A stretch of 64,000 nucleotides of DNA from Alphaproteobacteria bacterium (GTDB lineage: Bacteria > Pseudomonadota > Alphaproteobacteria > RF32 > CAG-239), in assembly GCA_017460085.1 (NCBI GenBank), contig JAFUBQ010000009.1, positions 6,237 through 70,236 on the forward strand. The letters run 5' to 3'. Numbering within the stretch: the stretch's first letter is position 1; each line of letters starts with the position of its first letter. The notes under the pieces are model-generated. The model ran no database searches and was not told the DNA's origin. It saw nothing but the letters and a program-made list of their open reading frames with translations. Shown piece by piece: positions 9,944-19,317 of the stretch. Position numbers and translations under genes: made by a program.

Positions 9944-10909
9944 ATGAACGAAAATAAAGATATTCAAGTAGCTAAGCAGACTATAGACCGCGAAATTGAA
10001 GCTTTGCGTGTTTTGAAAGACAGCTTGGATAACACATTAACAAAAGCCTTAGATGTTTTACAGCAAACCAAAGGCCGCGTAATTATTACCGGTATGGGAA
10101 AATCAGGGCATATTGCCCGTAAAATTGCCGCAACAATGGCATCTACCGGCACACCGGCATTTTTTTTGCATCCGGGAGAAGCCAGCCATGGTGATTTAGG
10201 CATGGTTACAACAAGCGATGTGGTAGTGGCTATTTCTAACGGCGGTGAATCAAAAGAACTTTCCGATATTTTAGTTTATTGCAAACGTTTTAACGTTCCG
10301 ACAATTGCTATTACGAAAAATCCGCAAAGTTCCTTAGGGCAAAATTGTGATATGGTCTTAAAACTTCCGGATAACGGCGAGGCTTGTCCTTTGGGTTTGG
10401 CTCCAATGTCATCTACCACGGCAACACTGGTAATGGGAGATATTTTAGCAGCCGATTTAATGGTGCGAAAAGGCTTTACGGCAGAAGACTTTAAATTGCG
10501 CCATCCGGGCGGTAAATTAGGGGCAATTTTGCGCCATGTTTCTGATATTATGCACACAGGCGACGAAATGCCTTTGGTTGATGAAAATGCCATTATGCAA
10601 GATGCTTTGATTACAATGTCGGCAAAAATGTTGGGATGTGTCGGCATTATCAATGCAGACGGCGATTTAATCGGTATGATTACCGATGGTGATTTGCGCC
10701 GTTGGATGGCCCCGAATTTGATAGAAGAAAAAGTTAACAAAGTTATGACTAAAAACCCGCGCACCATTCGCGGTGAGGCGTTGATTGCTGAAGCTGTTAA
10801 TGTTATGAACAATACCGGCCGTGGTATTACTAATTTGTTTGTAGTAGAAGGCAAAAAACCGGTGGGAGTGGTACATATTCACGATTGTTTAAGAGCCGGA
10901 GTTAGCTGA
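9944..10909 (+). CDS. kdsD: Arabinose-5-phosphate isomerase, KpsF/GutQ family (SIS + CBS)
   Basis: GMGKSGHIA, HPGEASHGDLG, HPGGKLG, CBS pair. Confidence 0.96.
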   Translation: MNENKDIQVAKQTIDREIEALRVLKDSLDNTLTKALDVLQQTKGRVIITGMGKSGHIARKIAATMASTGTPAFFLHPGEASHGDLGMVTTSDVVVAISNGGESKELSDILVYCKRFNVPTIAITKNPQSSLGQNCDMVLKLPDNGEACPLGLAPMSSTTATLVMGDILAADLMVRKGFTAEDFKLRHPGGKLGAILRHVSDIMHTGDEMPLVDENAIMQDALITMSAKMLGCVGIINADGDLIGMITDGDLRRWMAPNLIEEKVNKVMTKNPRTIRGEALIAEAVNVMNNTGRGITNLFVVEGKKPVGVVHIHDCLRAGVS

Positions 10910-10912
10910 TTT

Positions 10913-12175
10913 ATGTTTGATTCTCGCAAAATTGATGACTATTTTGAAAATCGCAACGTTTTTGCAAAAAAAAATAATTATGATAAAGCAAAAATTTCCG
11001 GCTGGACACGCTTTGCTAAACTGGGATTTCCATGTGTTGCTGCTGCTTTGCTCGGTCTTATGGTAATTATGCCTAACATTCGAAAAAGCGTTGATTTACA
11101 CGACAGTATTACTATTCCGCGTAAAGGCGAAATGGAAAAGTTACATATGGAAGAAACATTCTTCAGCGCAACCGATAATAAAAATCGCATAAGTCGCTTA
11201 ACCGCAAGCAGCGTTGATGAAGTTGAGCCTCATTCTCAAAAAGTTAAAATTACCTCGCCACACGGAAATATTCCGATTGACAACGGCGAAGTTGTATTGA
11301 GTTCCGATATTGGCTACTGGACGCAAAGCACCAATTTAGTGGAATTGGAGCAAAATGTAAAAGCTGTGGTTAACGGCACAACAACTATTACAACAAATAA
11401 AGCCACATACGATTTTAATACTGATATTGGATATGGTAATGAAACAGTTAATGCCGAAGGTAATTGGGGAAATTTAACGGCAGATGCTTTTCATTATGAT
11501 AAAAATACGGAAATTTTAACTTTAAAAGGCAATTCTCACGTTACCGGCAATCACGGAGAATTAACCGCTCAAAAAGAAAATCGTTACTATCAACGCGAAA
11601 ATAAAATAGAAGCTGAAGGAAATGTTGTCTTTGTTCAGCAAGATAAAAAACTAACAGCCGAAAAATTGATATTGTTTTTGAAAGAAGGTTCGGCAAAAGA
11701 AATTACCCGTGCCGAAGCTTATGAAAATGTTAGAATTGACACGGCAAAAGAAACCATTACCGGCGCTAAAGGAATTTATGATTTGCTCAGCAATAAAGTG
11801 TGGTTATATAGTCAAAATGGACAAGCTGTCAGAATTGTACAAGGCAAAAATATTTTAACAGCAGCACAGATTATTGTTCATTTGCAGCCGGAGAATAGCC
11901 GCGAAGTTAAATATATTGAGGCATTAGGCAAAGTTTTTATAAAAACACCGAAAGGAACAGCGCAAGGCGACCGCGGTACCTATAATCCGGTGCAAAAGGT
12001 GGTTGATTTGTGGGATAATGTGCAAATTGAGCAAGATGGGAATTTTGTGCGAGGCAATCATGCGCAAACAGATTTAAAAACCTCAATTAGTCGCATTATG
12101 GGCAAACAAAAGGGTGGACGCATCAGCGGTACATTTTATAAGAAAAGGAAAAACAATGGTAACAAAAAAAATTAA
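10913..12175 (+). CDS. LptC-LptA (OstA-like) fusion protein
   Basis: N-terminal TM anchor and LptC-like region, then repeated LptA-like beta-jellyroll segments; sole ORF between kdsD and lptB. Confidence 0.75.
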   Translation: MFDSRKIDDYFENRNVFAKKNNYDKAKISGWTRFAKLGFPCVAAALLGLMVIMPNIRKSVDLHDSITIPRKGEMEKLHMEETFFSATDNKNRISRLTASSVDEVEPHSQKVKITSPHGNIPIDNGEVVLSSDIGYWTQSTNLVELEQNVKAVVNGTTTITTNKATYDFNTDIGYGNETVNAEGNWGNLTADAFHYDKNTEILTLKGNSHVTGNHGELTAQKENRYYQRENKIEAEGNVVFVQQDKKLTAEKLILFLKEGSAKEITRAEAYENVRIDTAKETITGAKGIYDLLSNKVWLYSQNGQAVRIVQGKNILTAAQIIVHLQPENSREVKYIEALGKVFIKTPKGTAQGDRGTYNPVQKVVDLWDNVQIEQDGNFVRGNHAQTDLKTSISRIMGKQKGGRISGTFYKKRKNNGNKKN

Positions 12176-12902
12176 TGATACGGATATATTAGAAATTTTT
12201 AATATCGGTAAAAAATATAAAAAACGCACGGTGCTTAAAAATGTGTCACTACATGTACGTAAGGGCGAAGCTGTCGGTTTATTAGGACCTAACGGTGCAG
12301 GTAAAACCACTTGTTTTTATTGCGTAACCGGACTAATTACTCCCGACTATGGTGATGTTTATATTAACGGTTTGGATATTACCGACATGCCAATGTATAA
12401 ACGCGCTAAAATGGGAATTGGGTATTTACCGCAAGAATCATCTATTTTCCGCAGTTTGAGTGTTGAGGATAATATTAAAGGAATTCTGCAAATTGTGGAA
12501 GAAAATGAAAGTCAGCGGGAAAATACTTTGGAAGAACTTTTAAATGAATTTTCGATTGCTCACTTAAGACATCAGCCGGCTTTGGCTCTTTCCGGCGGTG
12601 AACGACGCCGACTGGAAATTGCACGCGCTTTGGCTTGCAAGCCAAGTTTTATATTGCTTGACGAACCTTTGGCCGGTATTGACCCTATTGCCGTCAGTGA
12701 AATTCGTACTTTGGTTTCTCAACTCAAAAACCGCGGTTTAGGTGTTTTAATTACCGACCACAATGTGCGTGAAACGCTTGATATTATTGACCGCGCTTAT
12801 ATTTTACATGCTGGCACGGTGCTAATGGAAGGCACACCGCAACAAATTGTGGCAAACGAAGACGTTCGCAAAGTATATTTAGGCGACAATTTTTCCCTTT
12901 AA
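12156..12902 (+). CDS. lptB: LPS export ABC transporter ATPase
   Basis: GPNGAGKTT, GYLPQESSIFR, LSGGERRRLEIARAL, DHNVRETL. Confidence 0.97.
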   Translation: MVTKKINDTDILEIFNIGKKYKKRTVLKNVSLHVRKGEAVGLLGPNGAGKTTCFYCVTGLITPDYGDVYINGLDITDMPMYKRAKMGIGYLPQESSIFRSLSVEDNIKGILQIVEENESQRENTLEELLNEFSIAHLRHQPALALSGGERRRLEIARALACKPSFILLDEPLAGIDPIAVSEIRTLVSQLKNRGLGVLITDHNVRETLDIIDRAYILHAGTVLMEGTPQQIVANEDVRKVYLGDNFSL

Positions 12903-12988
12903 TTAAAAGAAAATAAGTCATGACACCAAGAATGGCAACCGCTTACCACGAATAGCGGCCTCGCCATTTAATAAAGCGGCTCAGCCTT

Positions 12989-14338
12989 CTATAAGGGAAG
13001 GCTGATGAGAACTCTCAAACCTCCTAAATTGCTGTCCTCCAGCTGAATTGAACCGCCGTGCGACACAATTACATCTTTAGCAATAGCCAAACCCAAGCCG
13101 ACACCGCCGGTATCTTTGTTGCGCGAACCTTCAACCCTATAAAATGCCTTAAACACGTCATCACGCTTATCTGCCGGAATCCCCGGTCCGTCATCATCGA
13201 TAGTCAGCTCTAAACGCTTATCATCGCTTTCCAGTTTCACCGCAATTGTTTGCCCATAATGAAAGGCATTTTCAATAATGTTTGTAACCGCACGACGCAA
13301 AGCCTGTTCACGCCCCTGCACTGCACTGACATCATAATTGGTAGAATAGCGGATTAATGCATTAGAATTACGGCGATATTTGTTAATAATGCTAGTCACA
13401 ACTTCATTCATATCTACAAAAGTTGTTTTTTCGCCGCCCTCACCGCTCACAAACGCTAAATATCCATCAAGCATTTTTTCCATTTCATTAATATCTTGCA
13501 CAAACTCTTGATTTTCTTTGCTATCCGGCAGCATTGCAAGTTGCAATTTCATTCTTGTCAGCGGTGTGCGCAAATCATGCGAAACCCCGGCAAGCATTTG
13601 CGTGCGCTCAGAAATTTGGCGAATAATACGCTCTTTCATTTTTGTAAATGCCAAACCGGCGCGTCGTACCTCAATTGAACCATACGGTTTGAATTTCGTA
13701 TTAATACCTTTACCGAAATCTTCTGCAGCTGTTGCTAATTGTGCAATTGAACGCACTTGCACCCGCAAAAACATTACAGCCACCGCAAACAACAAAAGCG
13801 ATGTGCCTATCATCCACAATACGAAACCAAAAACAGAAGTGGTAAAAATATTTTTGCGCGGCGTTGTAAATTCATAAAGTCCTCTGTCTGTATCAACTAA
13901 AATATTTAAATCGCCTTTATGGTCAAACACCGCCGTATTAGCCAAAGGAAATTTTTTATGCAAAGCCTCAACCAAAAAATATGTAGCAAACGAGCGTTTT
14001 TTCTTGCTTTCGCGCCATACGGAATGTTTATTCTCATTGTCGTAGTAGCGAACTTGTACATCATATAAAGTTTCCGACATTTGCTGTACATGAGCAAAAT
14101 CAGAACTTTCATCATGCATTTGCATTACAAAGGCCATATTTGCCACTAAATTATCAGACAATCTATGCCCCACTCTGCCCCAACTACCTTCAAAAAAGGC
14201 ATAAATTGAAACAACTTGCACCACAATCAGCGGCACAAAAATCAATAACATTGTTCTAAAAAAAAGCGAACGAGGCAAAAACTTACGCTTAAAAGCAACC
14301 AATCCGCGTTCCATTTTCTGAGGGAATCTAATATGCAT
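12989..14338 (-). CDS. EnvZ-like sensor histidine kinase
   Basis: HAMP; GVSHDLRTPLTR; DDGPGIP; GGVGLGLAI. Confidence 0.92.
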   Translation of the reverse strand: MHIRFPQKMERGLVAFKRKFLPRSLFFRTMLLIFVPLIVVQVVSIYAFFEGSWGRVGHRLSDNLVANMAFVMQMHDESSDFAHVQQMSETLYDVQVRYYDNENKHSVWRESKKKRSFATYFLVEALHKKFPLANTAVFDHKGDLNILVDTDRGLYEFTTPRKNIFTTSVFGFVLWMIGTSLLLFAVAVMFLRVQVRSIAQLATAAEDFGKGINTKFKPYGSIEVRRAGLAFTKMKERIIRQISERTQMLAGVSHDLRTPLTRMKLQLAMLPDSKENQEFVQDINEMEKMLDGYLAFVSGEGGEKTTFVDMNEVVTSIINKYRRNSNALIRYSTNYDVSAVQGREQALRRAVTNIIENAFHYGQTIAVKLESDDKRLELTIDDDGPGIPADKRDDVFKAFYRVEGSRNKDTGGVGLGLAIAKDVIVSHGGSIQLEDSNLGGLRVLISLPL

Positions 14339-14347
14339 TTTTTTCTC

Positions 14348-15037
14348 CTATTGTGTTAACAACATATAACCTTTACCGCGCACGGTTTGCAAACAGCGCG
14401 GATTTTTAGAATCTGCTTCAATTTTTTTACGAAGGCGTGTAATTTGTACATCTATCGAGCGAGGATTCTGTCCGGCTCCCAATAATTCTGCCAACTTTTC
14501 CCGACTGAAAACTTGTCCGCACTTCTGCCCTAAAATTGTCAGAATACCTATCTCAATCGGTGTCATATGCACTAATGCACCATTTTTATGCCTAAATTCT
14601 TTTTTAGCCAAATCAAAAACATATTCACCAAACTGCAATATATCTTTTTTGTTTTCGCTCGGTACTCGCCGCAAAATATTATTAATTCTTAAGACCAACT
14701 CTTTCGGTTCAAATGGTTTAGGCAAATAATCATCAGCTCCTGCTTCCAACCCGTTAATACGATCCTGAACATCGCCCATAGCCGTCAACAAAATGGCGGG
14801 AACATCGTTTTCTATGCGCAACTTTTGCAAAAATTCAATACCGGTTTCGTTTGGCATCATCACATCAACTACCAATAAGTCAAATTGATATTGGCTCAAA
14901 TAAAAGCGCGCATTTTCAGCATCACAAGCGGCGCTAACAGCAAATCCGTTTTCCTGCAAATAACGTTGCAACAACCCGCGCAAACGCAAGTCATCGTCAA
15001 CCACTAATATATGAGCCAAATCTGCCATAGTCCGCAC
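14348..15037 (-). CDS. OmpR-family response regulator
   Basis: ILVVDDD, DVMMP, GADDYLPKPF, RSIDVQITRLRKKIE, TVRGKGY. Confidence 0.94.
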   Translation of the reverse strand: MRTMADLAHILVVDDDLRLRGLLQRYLQENGFAVSAACDAENARFYLSQYQFDLLVVDVMMPNETGIEFLQKLRIENDVPAILLTAMGDVQDRINGLEAGADDYLPKPFEPKELVLRINNILRRVPSENKKDILQFGEYVFDLAKKEFRHKNGALVHMTPIEIGILTILGQKCGQVFSREKLAELLGAGQNPRSIDVQITRLRKKIEADSKNPRCLQTVRGKGYMLLTQ

Positions 15038-15046
15038 CCCTTAAAC

Positions 15047-15757
15047 TTAGGCACTTTTTTTCTTAGCTGCAGTTTTTTTGGTTGCCGTTTTTGCAGTTTT
15101 CGTTTTACGTTTTGTTTCTTTTTTTACAGCTGTTGTTTTCTTTGCATTAGAAACATTAAGCGTTTCAACTTTAACATCTATTTTTTTGGTAATTGCCTTC
15201 TTTGCTTCTTCAGCACGAACATAGTCCAAACTGCGCTGATAATATTGGTAACCGGTAATAAATGTTAAAATTGCCGCAACCCAAAGCAAGAATTCGCCTA
15301 AATAACTCCAACCAATCCATAAATCACGAAACAGCATCATTGCCAATGCCGTCATTTGAAAGGCTGTTTTCCATTTGGCTAATTTTGTTACCGGTAAACC
15401 GACATTAACTTCACGCAAAAATTCGCGTAACCCTGAAACCAAAATTTCGCGGCATAAAATTACAAAAGCAGGGATAACCGTTAAAGACCAATTATACATT
15501 TCTGATTTTGCTAAAATTACCACCAATGCCGTTGCCACCAGTAGTTTATCGGCAATTGGGTCTAAAAGCCGGCCAAATGCCGAAGTTTCATTGCGCGCAC
15601 GTGCCAAATATCCGTCAAAATAATCAGTAATTGATGCAATAGCAAATAAAACAGCCGCAAACATTGACCATGCGAATGTTGTAATATAAATTGATATAAA
15701 AATTAGCGGAATCACTGCTATTCGTGAAATCGTCAAAATGTTAGGTAAATTATACAC
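15047..15757 (-). CDS. pgsA: Phosphatidylglycerophosphate synthase with Lys-rich C-terminal tail
   Basis: NLPNILTISRI, TDYFDGYLAR, GRLLDPIADK; GTG start after GGAG SD. Confidence 0.95.
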   Translation of the reverse strand: MYNLPNILTISRIAVIPLIFISIYITTFAWSMFAAVLFAIASITDYFDGYLARARNETSAFGRLLDPIADKLLVATALVVILAKSEMYNWSLTVIPAFVILCREILVSGLREFLREVNVGLPVTKLAKWKTAFQMTALAMMLFRDLWIGWSYLGEFLLWVAAILTFITGYQYYQRSLDYVRAEEAKKAITKKIDVKVETLNVSNAKKTTAVKKETKRKTKTAKTATKKTAAKKKSA

Positions 15758-15816
15758 GCTCCTATCTCCCAAAAATAAAAATAACGTCATTTTTTCTTCA
15801 GTATAAGCACATTTTT

Positions 15817-17634
15817 TTAATTATGGAAGTAATTATATATTTTTTCCGCTATTTTTTTATTGATACCGCTGACTTTCATTAAATCTTGCACGGAAGCCGA
15901 CTTAATTTGTTCCACTGACCCGAAAAAATTCAATAAATCATGTTTTCTGCCGGCACCGATTCCCTCAATATCATCAATTTGCGATTTATAAATAGATTTT
16001 GCACGTTTTTTACGATGTGTTCCAATAGCAAAACGGTGCGCCTCATCTCGAAGATTCTGCATATAAAATGCAATGGACGATTGAAAAGGCAAAGAAAAAC
16101 TTTCGCGCCCTATAATATGATAAAACTCCTTGCCGGCATTGCGCTCAGGCCCTTTGGAAATGGCAATAATCGTAATACCGTTCAAATCATAATTTTGCAA
16201 CACTTCATGCACCGCGTGTAATTGCCCAAGTCCACCATCAAGCAAAATCACATCTGGACGATTTTCATCACTCATACGTTCAAAACGGCGCAGCAAAACT
16301 TCTTTCATCATTGCAAAATCGTCATTAGTATTTTCCGTATATTTTATATTGAAAGTCCGATATGATTTTTTATCAAAACCGCTCGGCGTTGCCACCACCA
16401 TTGCTCCAACCGCATAACTTCCTTGATTATGCGAATTATCATAAATTTCAATGCGTTGCGGTAAGCAAGGCAAACCGAAAACACGTTGCATTTCATACAA
16501 ATTAGCCTCCACCGTTGCCGTTTCCGCTAATTTACGTTCAATTGCCGCTTCGGCATTTTGCACGGCACGAACAATAATTTTGGCTTTATTACCTCTTTGA
16601 TAAAAGTTAATTTTACAATCTAAGGCTTGTTCCAAAAAATCGGAATTTTCTAATTTATGCGAAACCAAAATTTCTTTCGGAGCTTGATGCTCGGCGTAAA
16701 ATGTGCTTAAAAATCCTTCTAAAATTTCCTCCTCACTCATTTCCTGTGCTTGTTTTGGAAAATATGGTATATTCCCGCAATTTTGCCCACCACGCACAAA
16801 AAACACCTGCACGCATACCATATTTTTGTGTTTTTTTACAGCAACAACATCAGCCGAATTAATATCGGCATATTCCACATTATACCCACTTTGCACACTA
16901 CTCAAAGAACGAATGCGGTCACGCAAAACCAATGCCGTTTCAAAGTCAAGTGCTGCGCTGGCTTCTTGCATTTGCTGTGAAAGCTCCGCCTGTAGTGATG
17001 TATTTTTTCCCTCTAAAAAACGCACAACTTCATCAACCGTTTTGCGGTATTCTTCACTGCTTATTTTACCAACGCACGGTGCCGAACAACGCTTAATTTG
17101 ATATAACATACACGGACGCTCGCGATTATGAAAAACGCTGTCGCGGCATGAGCGCAAACGAAAAGTTTTTTGCACCATATCCATCACATTATTCACCGCC
17201 GTAGCATTGGCAAAAGGTCCAAAGTAGCGGCTTTTATCCTTACGCGCACCGCGGCTCTTACGCAAAGCCGGAAATTCTTCTTGCAAGTTAATCATTAAAT
17301 GCGGAAAAGTTTTATCATCTTTGAGTAAAATATTATATTTCGGCTCAAGCTTTTTAATTAAATCATTTTCCATCAGCAGAGCTTTTGCCTCATTTTCCAC
17401 AATAATAAATTCCATCTTGTCTACCTCAGAAACCATCCGCTTAATATGGTCGGGAAGTTTTTCAAAATGTGTATAAGCGACAATGCGTTTTTTGATACTT
17501 TTAGCTTTGCCGACATATAGAACTTTGCCGTTTTTATCCAGCATGCGATAAACACCGGGGTTAAGCGGAGCAATTTTAACATTGTTTTTAATAACCTCAA
17601 TTCCGTGCTGAATATTCGGCATTTTATGCTCCAA
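15817..17634 (-). CDS. uvrC: Excinuclease ABC subunit C
   Basis: GIY-YIG (PGVYRM..LYVGKAK), IEIYDNSH, DGGLGQL, RDEAHRFA, HhH. Confidence 0.97.
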   Translation of the reverse strand: MEHKMPNIQHGIEVIKNNVKIAPLNPGVYRMLDKNGKVLYVGKAKSIKKRIVAYTHFEKLPDHIKRMVSEVDKMEFIIVENEAKALLMENDLIKKLEPKYNILLKDDKTFPHLMINLQEEFPALRKSRGARKDKSRYFGPFANATAVNNVMDMVQKTFRLRSCRDSVFHNRERPCMLYQIKRCSAPCVGKISSEEYRKTVDEVVRFLEGKNTSLQAELSQQMQEASAALDFETALVLRDRIRSLSSVQSGYNVEYADINSADVVAVKKHKNMVCVQVFFVRGGQNCGNIPYFPKQAQEMSEEEILEGFLSTFYAEHQAPKEILVSHKLENSDFLEQALDCKINFYQRGNKAKIIVRAVQNAEAAIERKLAETATVEANLYEMQRVFGLPCLPQRIEIYDNSHNQGSYAVGAMVVATPSGFDKKSYRTFNIKYTENTNDDFAMMKEVLLRRFERMSDENRPDVILLDGGLGQLHAVHEVLQNYDLNGITIIAISKGPERNAGKEFYHIIGRESFSLPFQSSIAFYMQNLRDEAHRFAIGTHRKKRAKSIYKSQIDDIEGIGAGRKHDLLNFFGSVEQIKSASVQDLMKVSGINKKIAEKIYNYFHN

Positions 17635-19291
17635 TTAAAACTTTGGCGGCCGCTCTCGCCTCATCACTAATTTGCTCACCTGAAAGCATCCGTGCAATTT
17701 CTTCACGTTTTTCAACCTCATTAAGTTGCTTTATGCTGGTCAAAGCCATTCCATCAACAATATTTTTTTCTACTTTAAAATGATGCTTGCTCTGCGCTGC
17801 AACTTGCGGCGAATGCGTCACCACCAAAACTTGCTCTCTTTGGCCTAATTTTGCTAATTTATCGCCCACCGCCTGTGCCGTTGCACCGCCCACACCGGTA
17901 TCGACCTCATCAAAAATCATGGTTTCTATTTGCGAAGTTTGCGCCAAATTTACCTTAATTGCCAACATAAATCGGGCTAATTCACCACCCGAAGCAATTT
18001 TACTGAGCGGAGACGGCAATTGCCCTGCATTGGTCGCCGCTAAAAAACAAACATCATCTATACCGTTTTCATTCCACGCAGTTTCCGGCTTTATTTGAAT
18101 TTGCGTTACAAACTTTGCCTTTGCCATTTTCAAATCCGGCAATTCCGCACAAATTTGCGCATCTAACTTCAATGCTGCCGCTTTTCGTGCCGCGCTAACC
18201 TTTTGCGCCGCCGCAATATAATCTTTTCGTGCTGCATTTGCTTCATTTTGCAATTTTTGCAAATCTTCTCCGCCGCGCTCTATATGGGCTATTTCATCTA
18301 CCATTTTTTGCCACAATTGCTGTAATTCTTCAACATCAACCTGATGCTTTCGTGCCAAAGATTTCAGCTTAAATAAACGTTCTTCAATGCTGTCAATTTC
18401 GCTTTTGTTCAAATTTACTTCATTGACGGCAATACTTATTTCTTCTTCTGCCTCACTAACATTAATCAACGCCGTATCAAGCATTTCATATAAGGCAGTG
18501 TATTTATCGTTCAGTAATGAATTTAACCGCGCCACTGCCGCCTGTGCTTGTCGCAAACCTGAAACAACACTTTGCGGCGCACTGTTTAATGCCCTGTTTG
18601 CTGCCCCTAAATTTTCCATAATTTTCTCGGCATTCATCATCTGCCGACGCTTATCTTCTAAATCTTTCAGCTCGTTTTCACGCGGTTTAATTTTACTAAA
18701 CTCATCAACCCAATGACGCAAATTTTCTTCTTCTTGCTGAGCCTTATCATATTCTTCCTGCGCTAGAGCAAATTTTTGCGCTGTTTCTTTATAATTTGCC
18801 CATGCCGCATGCATTTTTGCAATATCCGCTGCATAGTCACCATAGCCATCTAAAACCGCACGATGCGTTGCCGTATTCAACAATCCCTGATTGTCAAACT
18901 GGCCATGAATTTCTACTAAATATGAGCCTATTTCTTTCAAAAATTTCAAAGTTACAGGTTCATCGTTAAAAAATATTTTGTTTCGACCGTTGCTGTCAAG
19001 TGAACGTTTAAGCAAAATTTCATGGTCAAAATCAATATCATTAGCAGCGCACAGTGTTGCAACCAAACCATCGGTGTCTTTTACCTCAAAACAACCGGCA
19101 ACCATTAGTTTATCGCACCCTTGGCGTATCATTCCGACCTCGGCACGCCGCCCCAATAAAAGCCCCAGAGAATCAAGCAATATAGATTTACCAGCACCAG
19201 TTTCACCGCTCAATACACTAAAACCACTTGGAAAGTCTATATCCAACTTATCAATTAAAACCACATTTCGTATTGATAACGATTTCAGCAT
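17624..19291 (-). CDS. recN: DNA repair protein RecN
   Basis: GETGAGKS, IHGQFD, ASGGELARF, FDEVDTGVGG, VTHSPQVAA. Confidence 0.97.
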   Translation of the reverse strand: MLKSLSIRNVVLIDKLDIDFPSGFSVLSGETGAGKSILLDSLGLLLGRRAEVGMIRQGCDKLMVAGCFEVKDTDGLVATLCAANDIDFDHEILLKRSLDSNGRNKIFFNDEPVTLKFLKEIGSYLVEIHGQFDNQGLLNTATHRAVLDGYGDYAADIAKMHAAWANYKETAQKFALAQEEYDKAQQEEENLRHWVDEFSKIKPRENELKDLEDKRRQMMNAEKIMENLGAANRALNSAPQSVVSGLRQAQAAVARLNSLLNDKYTALYEMLDTALINVSEAEEEISIAVNEVNLNKSEIDSIEERLFKLKSLARKHQVDVEELQQLWQKMVDEIAHIERGGEDLQKLQNEANAARKDYIAAAQKVSAARKAAALKLDAQICAELPDLKMAKAKFVTQIQIKPETAWNENGIDDVCFLAATNAGQLPSPLSKIASGGELARFMLAIKVNLAQTSQIETMIFDEVDTGVGGATAQAVGDKLAKLGQREQVLVVTHSPQVAAQSKHHFKVEKNIVDGMALTSIKQLNEVEKREEIARMLSGEQISDEARAAAKVLIGA

Positions 19292-19317
19292 AATTTTATT
19301 CTCCGGCTTCTGATACC

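Noticed and set aside
10276-10854. Long antisense ORF (192 aa) in kdsD and similar shadows in dnaX, recN, uvrC and M49
   Set aside because: Lie opposite well-supported conserved genes and show no protein motifs
12905-12988. Imperfect hairpin between lptB and the kinase as a possible sRNA
   Set aside because: Short and between convergent genes; most simply a terminator-like structure
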